Sequence record: NC_061450.1
Reading direction: 5' to 3' (one strand)
Length of the DNA: 64,000 nt
The translations under genes were made by a program, and so were the position numbers. Below are positions 1-9,238 of this stretch, piece after piece (positions within the stretch are counted from its first letter, which is position 1; each line of letters begins with the position of its first letter). The notes beneath the pieces were generated by a model that was not told the DNA's origin, made no database searches, and saw only the letters and a list, made by a program, of their open reading frames with translations.

Positions 1-2
1 AA

Positions 3-224
3 GAAACAAGTCTGTTGAAGTCACCTATGGAGAAGCAGATTCTGGCTTCGTATTATTTTGGTGATGAGTTTATGCAGCTAAACACCAAGCAGTTCTATAA
101 TGACCTATGCACTCTCCATCAGCGTATGCCTTCTCCTAATAGTTTGGTACTTAGTCCTAAGTTGATGTATCATGTGTACTGTCAGCGTATTTCATATCTG
201 CGTCCTATGATTGCAACACTGTAA
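3..224 (+). CDS. 3' end of a hypothetical protein (frame open from window start)
   Basis: Frame has no stop from position 3 to TAA at 222-224; followed by a hairpin. Confidence 0.6.
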   Translation, partial: ETSLLKSPMEKQILASYYFGDEFMQLNTKQFYNDLCTLHQRMPSPNSLVLSPKLMYHVYCQRISYLRPMIATL

Positions 225-230
225 ACAATG

Positions 231-259
231 AGAGCGGCTTCGGTCGCTCTTTTACTTTT
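231..259 (+). terminator. UUCG hairpin plus U-tract
   Basis: AGAGCGGC-TTCG-GTCGCTCT then TTTACTTTT. Confidence 0.7.
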
Positions 260-270
260 AAGGACTAAAC

Positions 271-1323
271 ATGGCTGAAACCAAGTTCTACCAAGAAATC
301 CATCAAGCTACGATAGAGACCAATTTCTCCATCGGCGTCACTCGCAAGCATCTTACGTCTCAGCTTGAAAAACTGATTGAGACTAAGAACGGTAAGCTGC
401 CTCATTATGGTTTTTCTTTTGAGGAATTCGGCAGCTTTGTAGGAGACAAGTATACACCTAATCCTGATATGGACTTACGCCAACAGGCAATGGCAGGCTG
501 CACTCAAGTCATGTGTCACTTCATGTGGTCTTTCTCCAAGGGATCGTTTGAGCCAGAGCAGGAACTCAAAGAACACATCATCAAAAGCGATCCACCAAAA
601 GTTCTGCCTTGTGCCATGTTGCGACAATTGCCTAGCTGGTCTCAATGGATTGACTGCGACGTTGCTGTTGATATAACTGAAAACGGCGTAATAGAACAGA
701 CGCTTAGCCTTACTGGCTTTTGGGCAACTTACTGCAATGTAGGTGGCCGACTAAACTTATGCCTGACTGCTTTAGGTCTGTACTATCCGAAAGGTGATCA
801 CAACAGCGAAGATGATGACGCCCATTCTCAGGTTGCTCGTGTTTCCTGCATGTTTGAAATAGAAGAAGACAGACCTCTGGAAGATACGTGCTTGGTTGAT
901 GCATTCTTCATGAGCGCCAAAGGTAATCATGGCCTTTATGACGATCATCCAGAGTTCGAACCCATCAGCAACATGATCAAGCGCTGGGCCAAGCAGTCCG
1001 TAAACATACTTGTGTTTGTGGCTTCTGAGATTGATAGCTTGCCTGCCGAAAATCGTACAGGCATTGTTCCACGACGTAAGGGCAAACACTATCGTCTTGC
1101 CACTGTTACCAAAGAGCGACGCTGGACAGTTGGACAAGAGTTCCTTACACCTATTCGGGAATACGAAGAAGCCTTGCGCACAATGACTGTAGCACAAAAG
1201 CGTGCTGCCCACATTCGTCGCGGTCACTATCACAGCTTCTGGCGCGGCCCTCGTGATGGACAGCGTGAATTGTTTAGCAAATGGTTGCCTCCGTGTGTTG
1301 TCAGAGGAACTTTGGCAGACTAA
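271..1323 (+). CDS. AcrVA2/FinQ-family protein
   Basis: SD AAGGA. Motifs LPSWSQWID, TGFWATY, WTVGQEF..IREYE and C-terminal AAHIRRGHYHSFWRG..KWLPPCVV match recalled AcrVA2 motifs (LPDWCVYVD, KGFWAIY, YQIGERL..VRRYQ, RPHIRRGHWHGYWQG..RWQPAVFV) in the same order. Confidence 0.7.
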   Translation: MAETKFYQEIHQATIETNFSIGVTRKHLTSQLEKLIETKNGKLPHYGFSFEEFGSFVGDKYTPNPDMDLRQQAMAGCTQVMCHFMWSFSKGSFEPEQELKEHIIKSDPPKVLPCAMLRQLPSWSQWIDCDVAVDITENGVIEQTLSLTGFWATYCNVGGRLNLCLTALGLYYPKGDHNSEDDDAHSQVARVSCMFEIEEDRPLEDTCLVDAFFMSAKGNHGLYDDHPEFEPISNMIKRWAKQSVNILVFVASEIDSLPAENRTGIVPRRKGKHYRLATVTKERRWTVGQEFLTPIREYEEALRTMTVAQKRAAHIRRGHYHSFWRGPRDGQRELFSKWLPPCVVRGTLAD

Positions 1324-1345
1324 GAATATTCTTAGACCTTTTCTC

Positions 1346-1365
1346 TAATTTGTAGTGCAGGCAAG
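1346..1365 (+). promoter_or_regulatory. TGTA-core motif (candidate phage late promoter)
   Basis: TAATTTGTAGTGCAGGCAAG, 18/20 identical to 3503-3522; about 45 nt before ATG 1400. Confidence 0.5.
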
Positions 1366-1399
1366 AAGTGCCGCATACTATCAATTGGGGATCACCTTT

Positions 1400-1669
1400 A
1401 TGTGTCAAAGAACTCTGGTACGTCTGCGTTACCATTCGCGTAACGCAAGTTGGATAAACCGAACGGCCGAACCGCTGTCACTCAAACGAACAGCGGCTCA
1501 GGTAGACTGTGGTGTGTTTACTACAGCAGTCAAAGGATGTCGAACGGTTCAACTCTCACCGAATTTAGTCAACTTTTATCAGGGCCAAGATCTTGTCGGA
1601 CAGAGTGTCTGGCATCAAAGCCCTGAGGGCGATACTGAACTCCAGTTCCGTCTTCTCGCACCACACTAA
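1400..1669 (+). CDS. hypothetical protein
   Basis: GGGGA SD before ATG 1400; terminator-like hairpin follows. Confidence 0.65.
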   Translation: MCQRTLVRLRYHSRNASWINRTAEPLSLKRTAAQVDCGVFTTAVKGCRTVQLSPNLVNFYQGQDLVGQSVWHQSPEGDTELQFRLLAPH

Positions 1670-1695
1670 TAAAAACAATCACACAGCAACCTCCT

Positions 1696-1740
1696 AAGGG
1701 CTGCCAGAGACTTTGTGCTTTGGTAGCCTTTTCTCGTTTT
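1696..1740 (+). terminator. intrinsic terminator
   Basis: AAGGGCTGCCA...TGGTAGCCTTT followed by TCTCGTTTT. Confidence 0.6.
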
Positions 1741-1786
1741 GACGATAATTTTTGCCTACGATAAGACACGATTGTATGGAGCCCCG

Positions 1787-2443
1787 ATGGAAATCATGAT
1801 TTCGCTGTCGTTCAAACAAATAGAGCCGCCCATCGTATCATACGATCCGCAAAAGGCGCCACACGTTAACGACAACAGCAAGCCCGGCCAAGTATTTGAC
1901 CTGCACACTTTGCAGCAAATGAGTTACCTGGACATGAAGAAAGTCAAAGGTGATGCAGGCGCAAAGTATGCCAAGGTCATCGCACAGTGGCTCAACGGAC
2001 AACGTAATATCGAGGTCAAGTTTCGCGTGTCCAAGCGCAGCAAGATCTCGATCGAGGTTAAGAACACCAAGCAGCTTGCAGCACGTTACACTGAAATCTA
2101 TCTCCTGAGTCCTGAGAAGACTAAATCAAAGGATTGGGAACTGATTGGCACAGGCCCTCACGGCAATGAGAACGTTGTGCAGCTTGGTGGACGTATGCAA
2201 CCTGATGTGTTGTATGCAACCGCTCGCAGCATGTTGGGCGCTCACCTGCCTACAGACGAATGGCCTGGTGACAGCACCCGCGAGCAGGTAATCTTCAAAT
2301 TTGATAAGATGCGCAGTGAGCACCGCAAGGTACCTGACCGTGCATACAAATATGTAAACAACAACGAAACCCAATTGATCACCATGATGCAAGATGGCAT
2401 GAGCATCGATGAGATTGTGGCTTGGGTACTAAACCAATACTGA
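1787..2443 (+). CDS. hypothetical protein (possibly virion-associated)
   Basis: GGAG SD; 218 aa ORF starting MEIMISLS. Confidence 0.8.
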   Translation: MEIMISLSFKQIEPPIVSYDPQKAPHVNDNSKPGQVFDLHTLQQMSYLDMKKVKGDAGAKYAKVIAQWLNGQRNIEVKFRVSKRSKISIEVKNTKQLAARYTEIYLLSPEKTKSKDWELIGTGPHGNENVVQLGGRMQPDVLYATARSMLGAHLPTDEWPGDSTREQVIFKFDKMRSEHRKVPDRAYKYVNNNETQLITMMQDGMSIDEIVAWVLNQY

Positions 2444-2451
2444 GGAATCCT

Positions 2452-3285
2452 ATGAGTATCATTTCTATCTCGGCCACAAAAGCCCAAAAAGACGGTGCCA
2501 AGTATTTGTTCGGCACCAAAGGTGAAAGCATTCTGTCCGTGCTTGAGTCTCTGTCGAAAGCCAAAGAACTGCGTAGCTCGCACCTCAACGGTCTGATCCT
2601 TATGCTGAAAGATGCAGAAGACGACGAGTTGATCAAGTTCAAAAACAGTGCTGGTGGCAAGCGTACCGTTGAAGCAGCCAAGCTGTTAGCGACTGCCAAG
2701 ACTCTGGGCACCAGCCTGAAAGGTCTGCGTGGCATTAAAGTGCCTAGCAAATGGATTCAAGATCACGATGACGCTAAAGCTGCTGGTGCTGTCGAAACTA
2801 AAACACATCGCGCTACAGGCAAAGGCACCAAGCCTCAGAAAGCCGAGAAGGTTGCTAACCCTCAGGCTCCTGAATCTGAGACCGTTGGTGCTGTAGTTGA
2901 TCGTCGCTCGAAAAAAGCAAAAGTCGGGCCAGGCAAGACCAACGGTAAGTCTCAAGCCACGCTGGTGGACGAGCTTTCTGAAATGCAGCCTCGCAAGTTC
3001 TCTAAGCTGGGGATTGAGCGAGCTTCCAATTACCTACATGCGGCACAAAGAGTTTTGCTTGACGCTTTACCGTGGAATGCGATCGGCACTTCCCAGGGAG
3101 GCAATGCCGAAGAGCTGAATGTCCTAGGAAATAAAGGGAAACAGTTGCTTAATTTCTATGTTGAAGATGATGCGTGGTACGTTCGTGACCGCATCAAGAA
3201 AACAACGACCAAGTTAGGTGCTTTCGATATTTCCCAAGTTATAGATCTTGCCAAAGCTGCTGCAAAAATCAAAGGACCTGCGTAA
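2452..3285 (+). CDS. hypothetical Lys/Ala-rich protein (possibly virion-associated)
   Basis: GAGGA SD; starts MSIISISA. Confidence 0.8.
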   Translation: MSIISISATKAQKDGAKYLFGTKGESILSVLESLSKAKELRSSHLNGLILMLKDAEDDELIKFKNSAGGKRTVEAAKLLATAKTLGTSLKGLRGIKVPSKWIQDHDDAKAAGAVETKTHRATGKGTKPQKAEKVANPQAPESETVGAVVDRRSKKAKVGPGKTNGKSQATLVDELSEMQPRKFSKLGIERASNYLHAAQRVLLDALPWNAIGTSQGGNAEELNVLGNKGKQLLNFYVEDDAWYVRDRIKKTTTKLGAFDISQVIDLAKAAAKIKGPA

Positions 3286-3300
3286 CCAAGTTACGTCAAG

Positions 3301-3330
3301 AAAGGGTGGCTTTGGCTGCCCTTTTCTCGT
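3301..3330 (+). terminator. intrinsic terminator, possibly bidirectional
   Basis: AAAGGGTGGC-TTTG-GCTGCCCTTT TCT. Confidence 0.7.
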
Positions 3331-3502
3331 TCTGTCATAAAAATTTACACACCAATCATAAATAACCTCATCCTGCCTATCACTACATCCCATCGATTGA
3401 TCACCTGCTGCATGCCTGCTGTTCCGGCCTGGACTAAGACCATTCTTATTAAGCTCTGGTACTGCCTACGATAATTGAATACACGTCTGTTTGATTTCTC
3501 GT

Positions 3503-3530
3503 TAATATGTAGTGCGGGCAAGCTACCCGC
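3503..3530 (+). promoter_or_regulatory. TGTA-core motif plus 5' hairpin
   Basis: TAATATGTAGTG followed by GCGGG-CAAGCTA-CCCGC. Confidence 0.5.
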
Positions 3531-3555
3531 CTTGACTATTAATGAGGAATATTCC

Positions 3556-5400
3556 ATGATCGAAGTAAATAGCTTTGCTGAACTACGCACCACTCCGCCT
3601 ACCAAAGCGGGTGACACTGCGTATCTGAAACGTTACTACGACAAGGACAGCAAGTTCCGTGGCGGTGGTTGGTTTGTTGGGTTCCCACAAAAGAACACAC
3701 CAGCCGATGACGGCGGTATCAATGCTGTAGGTAAAGACGGTAAGGGCAATCCGTTCTTCTGGCAACGTGTTGTTGATGACCCTGCTGCAATCAACATCCT
3801 GCACTTCGGTGCGCGTCTGGACGGCAAGACCGATGACTCAGATGCCTATCGCCGTAACTTCATGTGGGTGTACAACATGAAAGACGGCAGCGACACTCTG
3901 GGCGTAAGCATTCCATCAGGTCCTATTCTGTTAAGCCCGATGGACTTCACCGACCTTGGTGAGATTCCGGTGTTCGCCATGTATGGTGATACGCGCTGTG
4001 AGAAAGGCTGGCGTCCACGCGTTCGCATCGTCAGTGACAAATCCAACAAGCAGGTGATCAAAGTCAATGCCCGCCGTGTTGTGATTCACGGCTTCAACTG
4101 GAACGGTCAGTGTACAGCACAGGTCAATGGCAAGAAGGTTGATCCAGAGACCATCAAAGGCGCTATCATGCCTGAGCAGCGTTCAAACAATCAGATCTTC
4201 TTTGAGAACGTCTGTCCTGCTGGTCAGTTTGTTGGCATTCGCTGCTTCCGTGGTGAGAACGTTGGTGGTTCAGCGTTGAAGTTCCAGGATACCTTGGACA
4301 CCTCAATCACTGAAATCTACGGCAGCAAGATCTTTGGTGCTATGATTGAAGCCAAGTGGTCAAACACCGTTGCTGGTGGCTGGAACCATTCTACGGCTGT
4401 ACGTCTCGAAGACGGTAACTTCCAGTTCGGTTACGGCCCTGCTGTGTTGGACATGCCTCGTATGACTCAGGCTATCATGAAGAACATCTGGATTGAGCAC
4501 ACACGCTTCCCGGGTAACCTGAATGATGGTCAGTGGGTGTTTGAAGCTAACTCAATCGAAAGCTCTGACAACCCTCTGAACCTCGCCAACACTCGCTGCG
4601 TGGTCAATGGCTTCTACTTCCAGGGCCAGGGCACCATGAGCCTTGAACGTAAAGCAAGCACGGACAACTGGCTGAGTGGCTATGAGCGCGGCAACATCCG
4701 CATCGAGACCTACGGTATCTTGATGACTGACGCCTGCTTCCGTCCTGGCTACTACACTGGTTACAAGATCACGAACAATACCGATCAGGACAAGTGGTTC
4801 TACATCGGTAGCTACTCGTTCCCTAAAGTCAACCAGACGTGGCAGATTGAACTGCTGGGCACTGCACCAGGTGTTGTTCCTAACACCAAGCTGCAACAGC
4901 CTACGCAGATGGATGGCATGGGTCGTCGTGTGATCACCATGACACGCTGCATCAAACCGCAGAAGAAAGTATATGCGGACATGCACATGGAAGGTACCGA
5001 CGCCATTGCGGATGTTGTGTATCAGCGTCTGTGGGAAGACTACGGCAAAGTGTGGGTCAAGCTGAAAGCCAACAGTGGTGACACTATCTTCAACATCACC
5101 ACAACTGGTCCAACTCGCTTCGAAGCAGGTCAGTGTACCCTCTTCTCTGATGGTCCGTGTGAATGTACTGATCCAACTCTGGCTGAAATGACTGTCAGCG
5201 TTGAGAAGAATCAGAAAGACTATGCCCGTCCTCAGCAACGTTTCAGCCTGCACAACGGTCTGGCTGGCATCGGTGCAAACGAGCAGGGTATGGTTACCAT
5301 GCAAACGGCAGAAGGAAAGGCGCCTAAAGATCTTTCCAAACCGGCGGGCTTCACCTCGATTAATATCAACGGTGTTGACCGAGTTGTTCCCTACTACTAA
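3556..5400 (+). CDS. amsF: AmsF/WceF-like tailspike-fold glycan-binding/modifying protein (candidate EPS depolymerase)
   Basis: GAGGA SD. N-terminal tailspike-like GGGWFVG..WQRVVDD..NILHFGARLDGKTDDSDA. Motifs FFENVCPAGQ, WNHSTAVRL, MPRMTQA..NIWIEHT, TTGPTRFEAG, RFSLHNGLAGIGANE and ININGVDR..YY recalled from the Erwinia AmsF / Pantoea WceF family. Confidence 0.7.
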   Translation: MIEVNSFAELRTTPPTKAGDTAYLKRYYDKDSKFRGGGWFVGFPQKNTPADDGGINAVGKDGKGNPFFWQRVVDDPAAINILHFGARLDGKTDDSDAYRRNFMWVYNMKDGSDTLGVSIPSGPILLSPMDFTDLGEIPVFAMYGDTRCEKGWRPRVRIVSDKSNKQVIKVNARRVVIHGFNWNGQCTAQVNGKKVDPETIKGAIMPEQRSNNQIFFENVCPAGQFVGIRCFRGENVGGSALKFQDTLDTSITEIYGSKIFGAMIEAKWSNTVAGGWNHSTAVRLEDGNFQFGYGPAVLDMPRMTQAIMKNIWIEHTRFPGNLNDGQWVFEANSIESSDNPLNLANTRCVVNGFYFQGQGTMSLERKASTDNWLSGYERGNIRIETYGILMTDACFRPGYYTGYKITNNTDQDKWFYIGSYSFPKVNQTWQIELLGTAPGVVPNTKLQQPTQMDGMGRRVITMTRCIKPQKKVYADMHMEGTDAIADVVYQRLWEDYGKVWVKLKANSGDTIFNITTTGPTRFEAGQCTLFSDGPCECTDPTLAEMTVSVEKNQKDYARPQQRFSLHNGLAGIGANEQGMVTMQTAEGKAPKDLSKPAGFTSININGVDRVVPYY

Positions 5401-5414
5401 AAGTGAGATCAATC

Positions 5415-5861
5415 ATGTCTTATAAAGTAGAACTCTCTGTTGTAACTTCTGGCGGTAATGAACTTCCTGCTGATCTGAAAGAGTTTGCTGATGCTCATGG
5501 CATCACCTACGAAGTCACTGATGCAGGTTCAGATCGCAGTGTTGTGACCTTTGAGTCACAGGGTCGCGATCAGCTGGAAGATATGATTCGTCAGTCGTAT
5601 GCGCCTTCAAAAGAAACAGAATGGTCGCAGTTCATTTCTCAGATTCACGCAGAAGGCGTTGATGCAGGCCAAGAGTCTTTCCTGACTCAAGGCACTCGCG
5701 AAGTTCCTCCTCACGTCTACAACGAAGACGAAGCTGTTGAACCTGCGGCTGACTCGGATGATGAAGACGAAATCGCCGAGCACGACGGTGAAGAAGATGG
5801 CGAAGAACGTATTAGTTCCCAGACCATCGCTTCTGACGCCGAGAAAGACGATCACAAGTAA
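5415..5861 (+). CDS. hypothetical acidic protein
   Basis: ORF with D/E-rich C-terminus. Confidence 0.8.
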   Translation: MSYKVELSVVTSGGNELPADLKEFADAHGITYEVTDAGSDRSVVTFESQGRDQLEDMIRQSYAPSKETEWSQFISQIHAEGVDAGQESFLTQGTREVPPHVYNEDEAVEPAADSDDEDEIAEHDGEEDGEERISSQTIASDAEKDDHK

Positions 5862-5898
5862 TCTGTAAATAAAATTCGAGGTACAATGACGTGCCTTG
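5860..5898 (+). promoter_or_regulatory. TGTA-core motif plus 5' hairpin
   Basis: AATCTGTAAATA then AGGTAC-AATGAC-GTGCCT. Confidence 0.45.
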
Positions 5899-5916
5899 TT
5901 TAACATGGAGATTAGT

Positions 5917-6183
5917 ATGTCTGTTCAGCTTGAACTATCGAAACAGAATTTGGCGGATATCGAACTGCACACCTATAGTCGCATGACTATGACCGAGCTG
6001 GTAGATAAACTCCGCGCTGATGGTATCGTGGTTCGTTCCATTACTCCGTTCCGCCCTACTGGCACACCGATTCGCATCGATGTTGTCCGCAGTGATTTCG
6101 AGCGGTACATGGAACTCTATCGTGCGCCTGAGCCTATCAATGGTGAGTGGCAACCGTTAGAAGATGCATACGTGCAATACTAA
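5917..6183 (+). CDS. hypothetical protein
   Basis: GGAG SD; terminator follows. Confidence 0.8.
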   Translation: MSVQLELSKQNLADIELHTYSRMTMTELVDKLRADGIVVRSITPFRPTGTPIRIDVVRSDFERYMELYRAPEPINGEWQPLEDAYVQY

Positions 6184-6190
6184 GAAGTTT

Positions 6191-6220
6191 AAAGGGCTGC
6201 CTTCGGGTGGCCCTTTTTCG
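6191..6220 (+). terminator. intrinsic terminator
   Basis: AAAGGGCTGCC-TTCG-GGTGGCCCTTTTT. Confidence 0.8.
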
Positions 6221-6246
6221 TTTCATAATCAGAATAAGCTCAGACC

Positions 6247-6287
6247 AGACTTATCTCAAATCGCTGTAAATAGACTTATCTCAAATC
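6247..6287 (+). repeat. 16-bp direct repeat x2, 25-bp period
   Basis: AGACTTATCTCAAATC at 6247-6262 and 6272-6287. Confidence 0.9.
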
Positions 6288-6289
6288 AG

Positions 6290-6341
6290 CAAAAAGCTGG
6301 TCAAAATACACGTTGAAAATGTGGCGAAAGTTAAGCACTAT
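6290..6341 (+). promoter_or_regulatory. sigma70-type early promoter with upstream CAAAW-N3-TGGTCAAAA element
   Basis: CAAAA-AGC-TGGTCAAAAT; -35 TTGAAA 6313; 17 nt; -10 CACTAT 6336. Confidence 0.7.
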
Positions 6342-6402
6342 ATAGACTCACGACGCAGCTTGTGGGCTGTGTCACTAATCAACATACACGAGGCAGCACA
6401 CA

Positions 6403-6735
6403 ATGACAGAAGAACGCTATGCAGGTCAGATCGACGCAGAACAGGTTGAATCAGTAACCGCCCTGATTGAGCGCATTAACCCCCAACTGCCGAAAGGCGT
6501 TCAGCTTGTTTTGTTCAGCGCCGACGAAACTGGCTTAGGCTTCGGCATGTTGATGGTTGTAAAGTTTGACGACAATGGCGAAGAGACTGGCGACTGGGGC
6601 TGGCACATCGATCTGCCCACCGAGTCTGGACAGTACGCATTCACCTACGCAGGCAACTTCTGCCACGAGAATGAAGGCAAGGTCCCAGCGACCGACGAGG
6701 CCCTTGTTCAGAAAATCCGTTCACTTGAATTTTAA
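6403..6735 (+). CDS. hypothetical acidic early protein
   Basis: GAGG SD; first gene after promoter; leader hairpin GACGCAGC/GCTGTGTC. Confidence 0.8.
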   Translation: MTEERYAGQIDAEQVESVTALIERINPQLPKGVQLVLFSADETGLGFGMLMVVKFDDNGEETGDWGWHIDLPTESGQYAFTYAGNFCHENEGKVPATDEALVQKIRSLEF

Positions 6736-6782
6736 TACGTGTGGCCTTGCGGGGCCACATCATCAACTATCGGAGTTTGACC

Positions 6783-7010
6783 ATGACAAAGAAACTGACC
6801 AAGCAGGACGTGCGTCCTATCATCGTTGCGTATCTCGACAAGATCGAACAGGCGCCTGTGGAGATCAGCGACCGCCAACGTAAGAGCACGCTGTACCATC
6901 ACGTTGTCGATCTGCGTAACAGTATGCTGGCTGATTGGTATTCGCCTGGCCAAGCACTTCGTTATCTCAAGCAAATGCAACGCAAGAATCAAGATCTGGT
7001 TAAAATCTGA
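6783..7010 (+). CDS. hypothetical protein
   Basis: GGAG SD. Confidence 0.75.
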   Translation: MTKKLTKQDVRPIIVAYLDKIEQAPVEISDRQRKSTLYHHVVDLRNSMLADWYSPGQALRYLKQMQRKNQDLVKI

Positions 7011-7019
7011 GGAAACATC

Positions 7020-7739
7020 ATGCCATCTATCAATCAAAGTAAAGTCGCACGTCCCGCTGTCTCCGACGAGCGTGTGTTCGCCATAGAGAGTGTCAGTGAC
7101 CTGTGTCGCGAACTCAAATCAAATCGTGCACCTCGAGGCAAAGCGAAACTACGCAACGAACGCTGGGACGAGGCGAAACAGCTCCAGTCTGTTGTGAGTC
7201 ACTTGATCATTTTGAGCCTCGGTAATCCTGACTCGACATACAACGGTGATTACCCAGACACTGTAGGTAAAGCCCTGCAGGATGCTGAACGCAAGTCTTA
7301 TGAACTGATCGACGACTGTATTGAGGAGGGCCTGTTGCCATTCCCGTACAAGAACGCGATGAAAGACCCGGACGCTGTTGTCGTCAAACCAAACACAGGC
7401 GGATATATAGCTCCACCTCGTAAGTCTTCTGTGGCTCCCATCACACACAAGAAGGGCGATCCCGTTCCTGAGAAGCTCAAGCTAAACAGTGAAACGCGTG
7501 CTGACCTGAAAGCATTCTGCGACGGCCAGATATCAATGCATGAACTCACAGAGAACCTGCAGGAAGAGCATGACTGTGATATTGTGCGTGTGCGCATTGC
7601 TACGCTGGAAGACAAGAAGACAGGCATCAAGATCAAGCCTGACGGTGTTATCGCTTTTGATATTGAACGTACCGTGCGTCATCGCCGCGGTATCAACGGC
7701 AACATGATTGCCACTCACGCTGTTACCGTTATCGTTTAA
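7020..7739 (+). CDS. hypothetical protein
   Basis: GAGGA SD; 239 aa. Confidence 0.85.
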   Translation: MPSINQSKVARPAVSDERVFAIESVSDLCRELKSNRAPRGKAKLRNERWDEAKQLQSVVSHLIILSLGNPDSTYNGDYPDTVGKALQDAERKSYELIDDCIEEGLLPFPYKNAMKDPDAVVVKPNTGGYIAPPRKSSVAPITHKKGDPVPEKLKLNSETRADLKAFCDGQISMHELTENLQEEHDCDIVRVRIATLEDKKTGIKIKPDGVIAFDIERTVRHRRGINGNMIATHAVTVIV

Positions 7740-7748
7740 GGAACTACT

Positions 7749-8351
7749 ATGAAAAAGTTCGGACTGTTTATCGCTGTTATGAATACCGACGTAGCCAACC
7801 CTGTTCGTTTGCGTTTGCATCAAATGGCCATAGAAAGTGTCACCAAAGTGCATTTGCTTGTGGTCTCTGACAATCAGGAACCACGCCTGTGTTTCGTGGA
7901 CCGCACCCATGTTTTGATTGAGTACCTGCCTGACGATATGGCTGATATCACTCTTTCAAACATCGTGTGCCGTGAAGTCGCTCAGCGTCCCAGCGATCAT
8001 CTGATTCGTGAGACTATCGGCCATCGGGGCAACACCTCGATCGAACCCGGCGCATGTTTCTTGCAAAAAGCCCCACCAGCACCACGTTCTATCGATCCTG
8101 ATACGGACTACACCAAGTTCACTATGGAGTGCATTTCTTGGGAAGAGACAACCAACCCAGAAGTGTTGCGCTATATCTTCGGCAGTTTCCCTACCGCACT
8201 GATGGAAGCCGAGCTTGAGCGTCGCCGTGTTGAGAACGAACAGGAAGAGCAGCAGGACCAGCATGATGCAGACACTTGGACGCAAGAGCAGGATGAGTAT
8301 GACGAGCACCAACGTCAGGAACTGGACCGTATACGAGGACGTCATAAATGA
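7749..8351 (+). CDS. hypothetical protein
   Basis: AAGGA SD; acidic coiled C-terminus. Confidence 0.85.
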   Translation: MKKFGLFIAVMNTDVANPVRLRLHQMAIESVTKVHLLVVSDNQEPRLCFVDRTHVLIEYLPDDMADITLSNIVCREVAQRPSDHLIRETIGHRGNTSIEPGACFLQKAPPAPRSIDPDTDYTKFTMECISWEETTNPEVLRYIFGSFPTALMEAELERRRVENEQEEQQDQHDADTWTQEQDEYDEHQRQELDRIRGRHK

Positions 8352-8899
8352 AAGACAACCTCCTTACGGTGCTGGTACATCAAAGCGCGTGTGACAAGCC
8401 CATCACTATTCGTGCATTCTCGCGTGAAATGTTGAACATTCAATTCATGCGAGTGATCCTTGAATCTGATACCAGACCTCCGCGTGCATTCACTGTCAAA
8501 GAGTGCCGCGTAGTTGTTGAGAACTTGCACCCTATTCTTCCAGACACTGCGGAGTACACATTCCATATCACTAAGATGGAGCCCCGCAAGGAACCAGCCA
8601 AATCGACCTTGGCGTTTATGAAGAACAACGGGCGATACCACACAAGGCATATCGCCAACCCGATTATGATGCATGATAAAGTTGAGTTCACCTATGAGTA
8701 TGTATCTGTGAAAGAGAATCCCAACAACTGGGTGCAGCATGAACGCTTTCGAGATTTCACCTGCAAGCAACTCTTGGATGAGATTGAACGCCGTCGATTG
8801 GAGTGTTTGTCGCATCGACCCCTGTACGATAGCAAGTCCACACCCATTACTGACTTGGAATGGGCAGAGTATGACAGGCGCCACACAGAAGAGGAATAA
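8348..8899 (+). CDS. hypothetical protein
   Basis: ATGA overlap with the upstream gene. Confidence 0.8.
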   Translation: MKDNLLTVLVHQSACDKPITIRAFSREMLNIQFMRVILESDTRPPRAFTVKECRVVVENLHPILPDTAEYTFHITKMEPRKEPAKSTLAFMKNNGRYHTRHIANPIMMHDKVEFTYEYVSVKENPNNWVQHERFRDFTCKQLLDEIERRRLECLSHRPLYDSKSTPITDLEWAEYDRRHTEEE

Positions 8900-8902
8900 G
8901 CC

Positions 8903-9238
8903 ATGTCCATCTTATACATTCGCTGTACTGAGAATCAATTGCTCCGCCGCCGTGTTGAGCTAAGTTCCATGTACCACAAAAACATGCACCGTGTTTCCAA
9001 CATTGTGCTGTTGGTAATCGACAACGCAGACAGTGGCGAACTCAAATACGCGGCAGAGGTCAACGCGGCCTCCATCCATGTTGCAGTGCGCAGCAACTCA
9101 ACCAGCCAGCTAACCATTGATGTTAAGCGCTATACCAAGCGTCCGCTGACTGAACACCACAGAGCTTACGCCCGTTCGACGCATAAGCATATTCTTACTC
9201 AATCAGCCCATCGCGCAGAACTGAGCTGGTCAAAGTAG
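8903..9238 (+). CDS. hypothetical protein
   Basis: GAGGA SD. Confidence 0.7.
   Translation: MSILYIRCTENQLLRRRVELSSMYHKNMHRVSNIVLLVIDNADSGELKYAAEVNAASIHVAVRSNSTSQLTIDVKRYTKRPLTEHHRAYARSTHKHILTQSAHRAELSWSK

Noticed and set aside
3345-3617. Minus-strand 90-aa ORF / convergent small gene behind a bidirectional terminator
   Set aside because: No convincing SD or start; overlaps the amsF-like 5' end and its promoter motif
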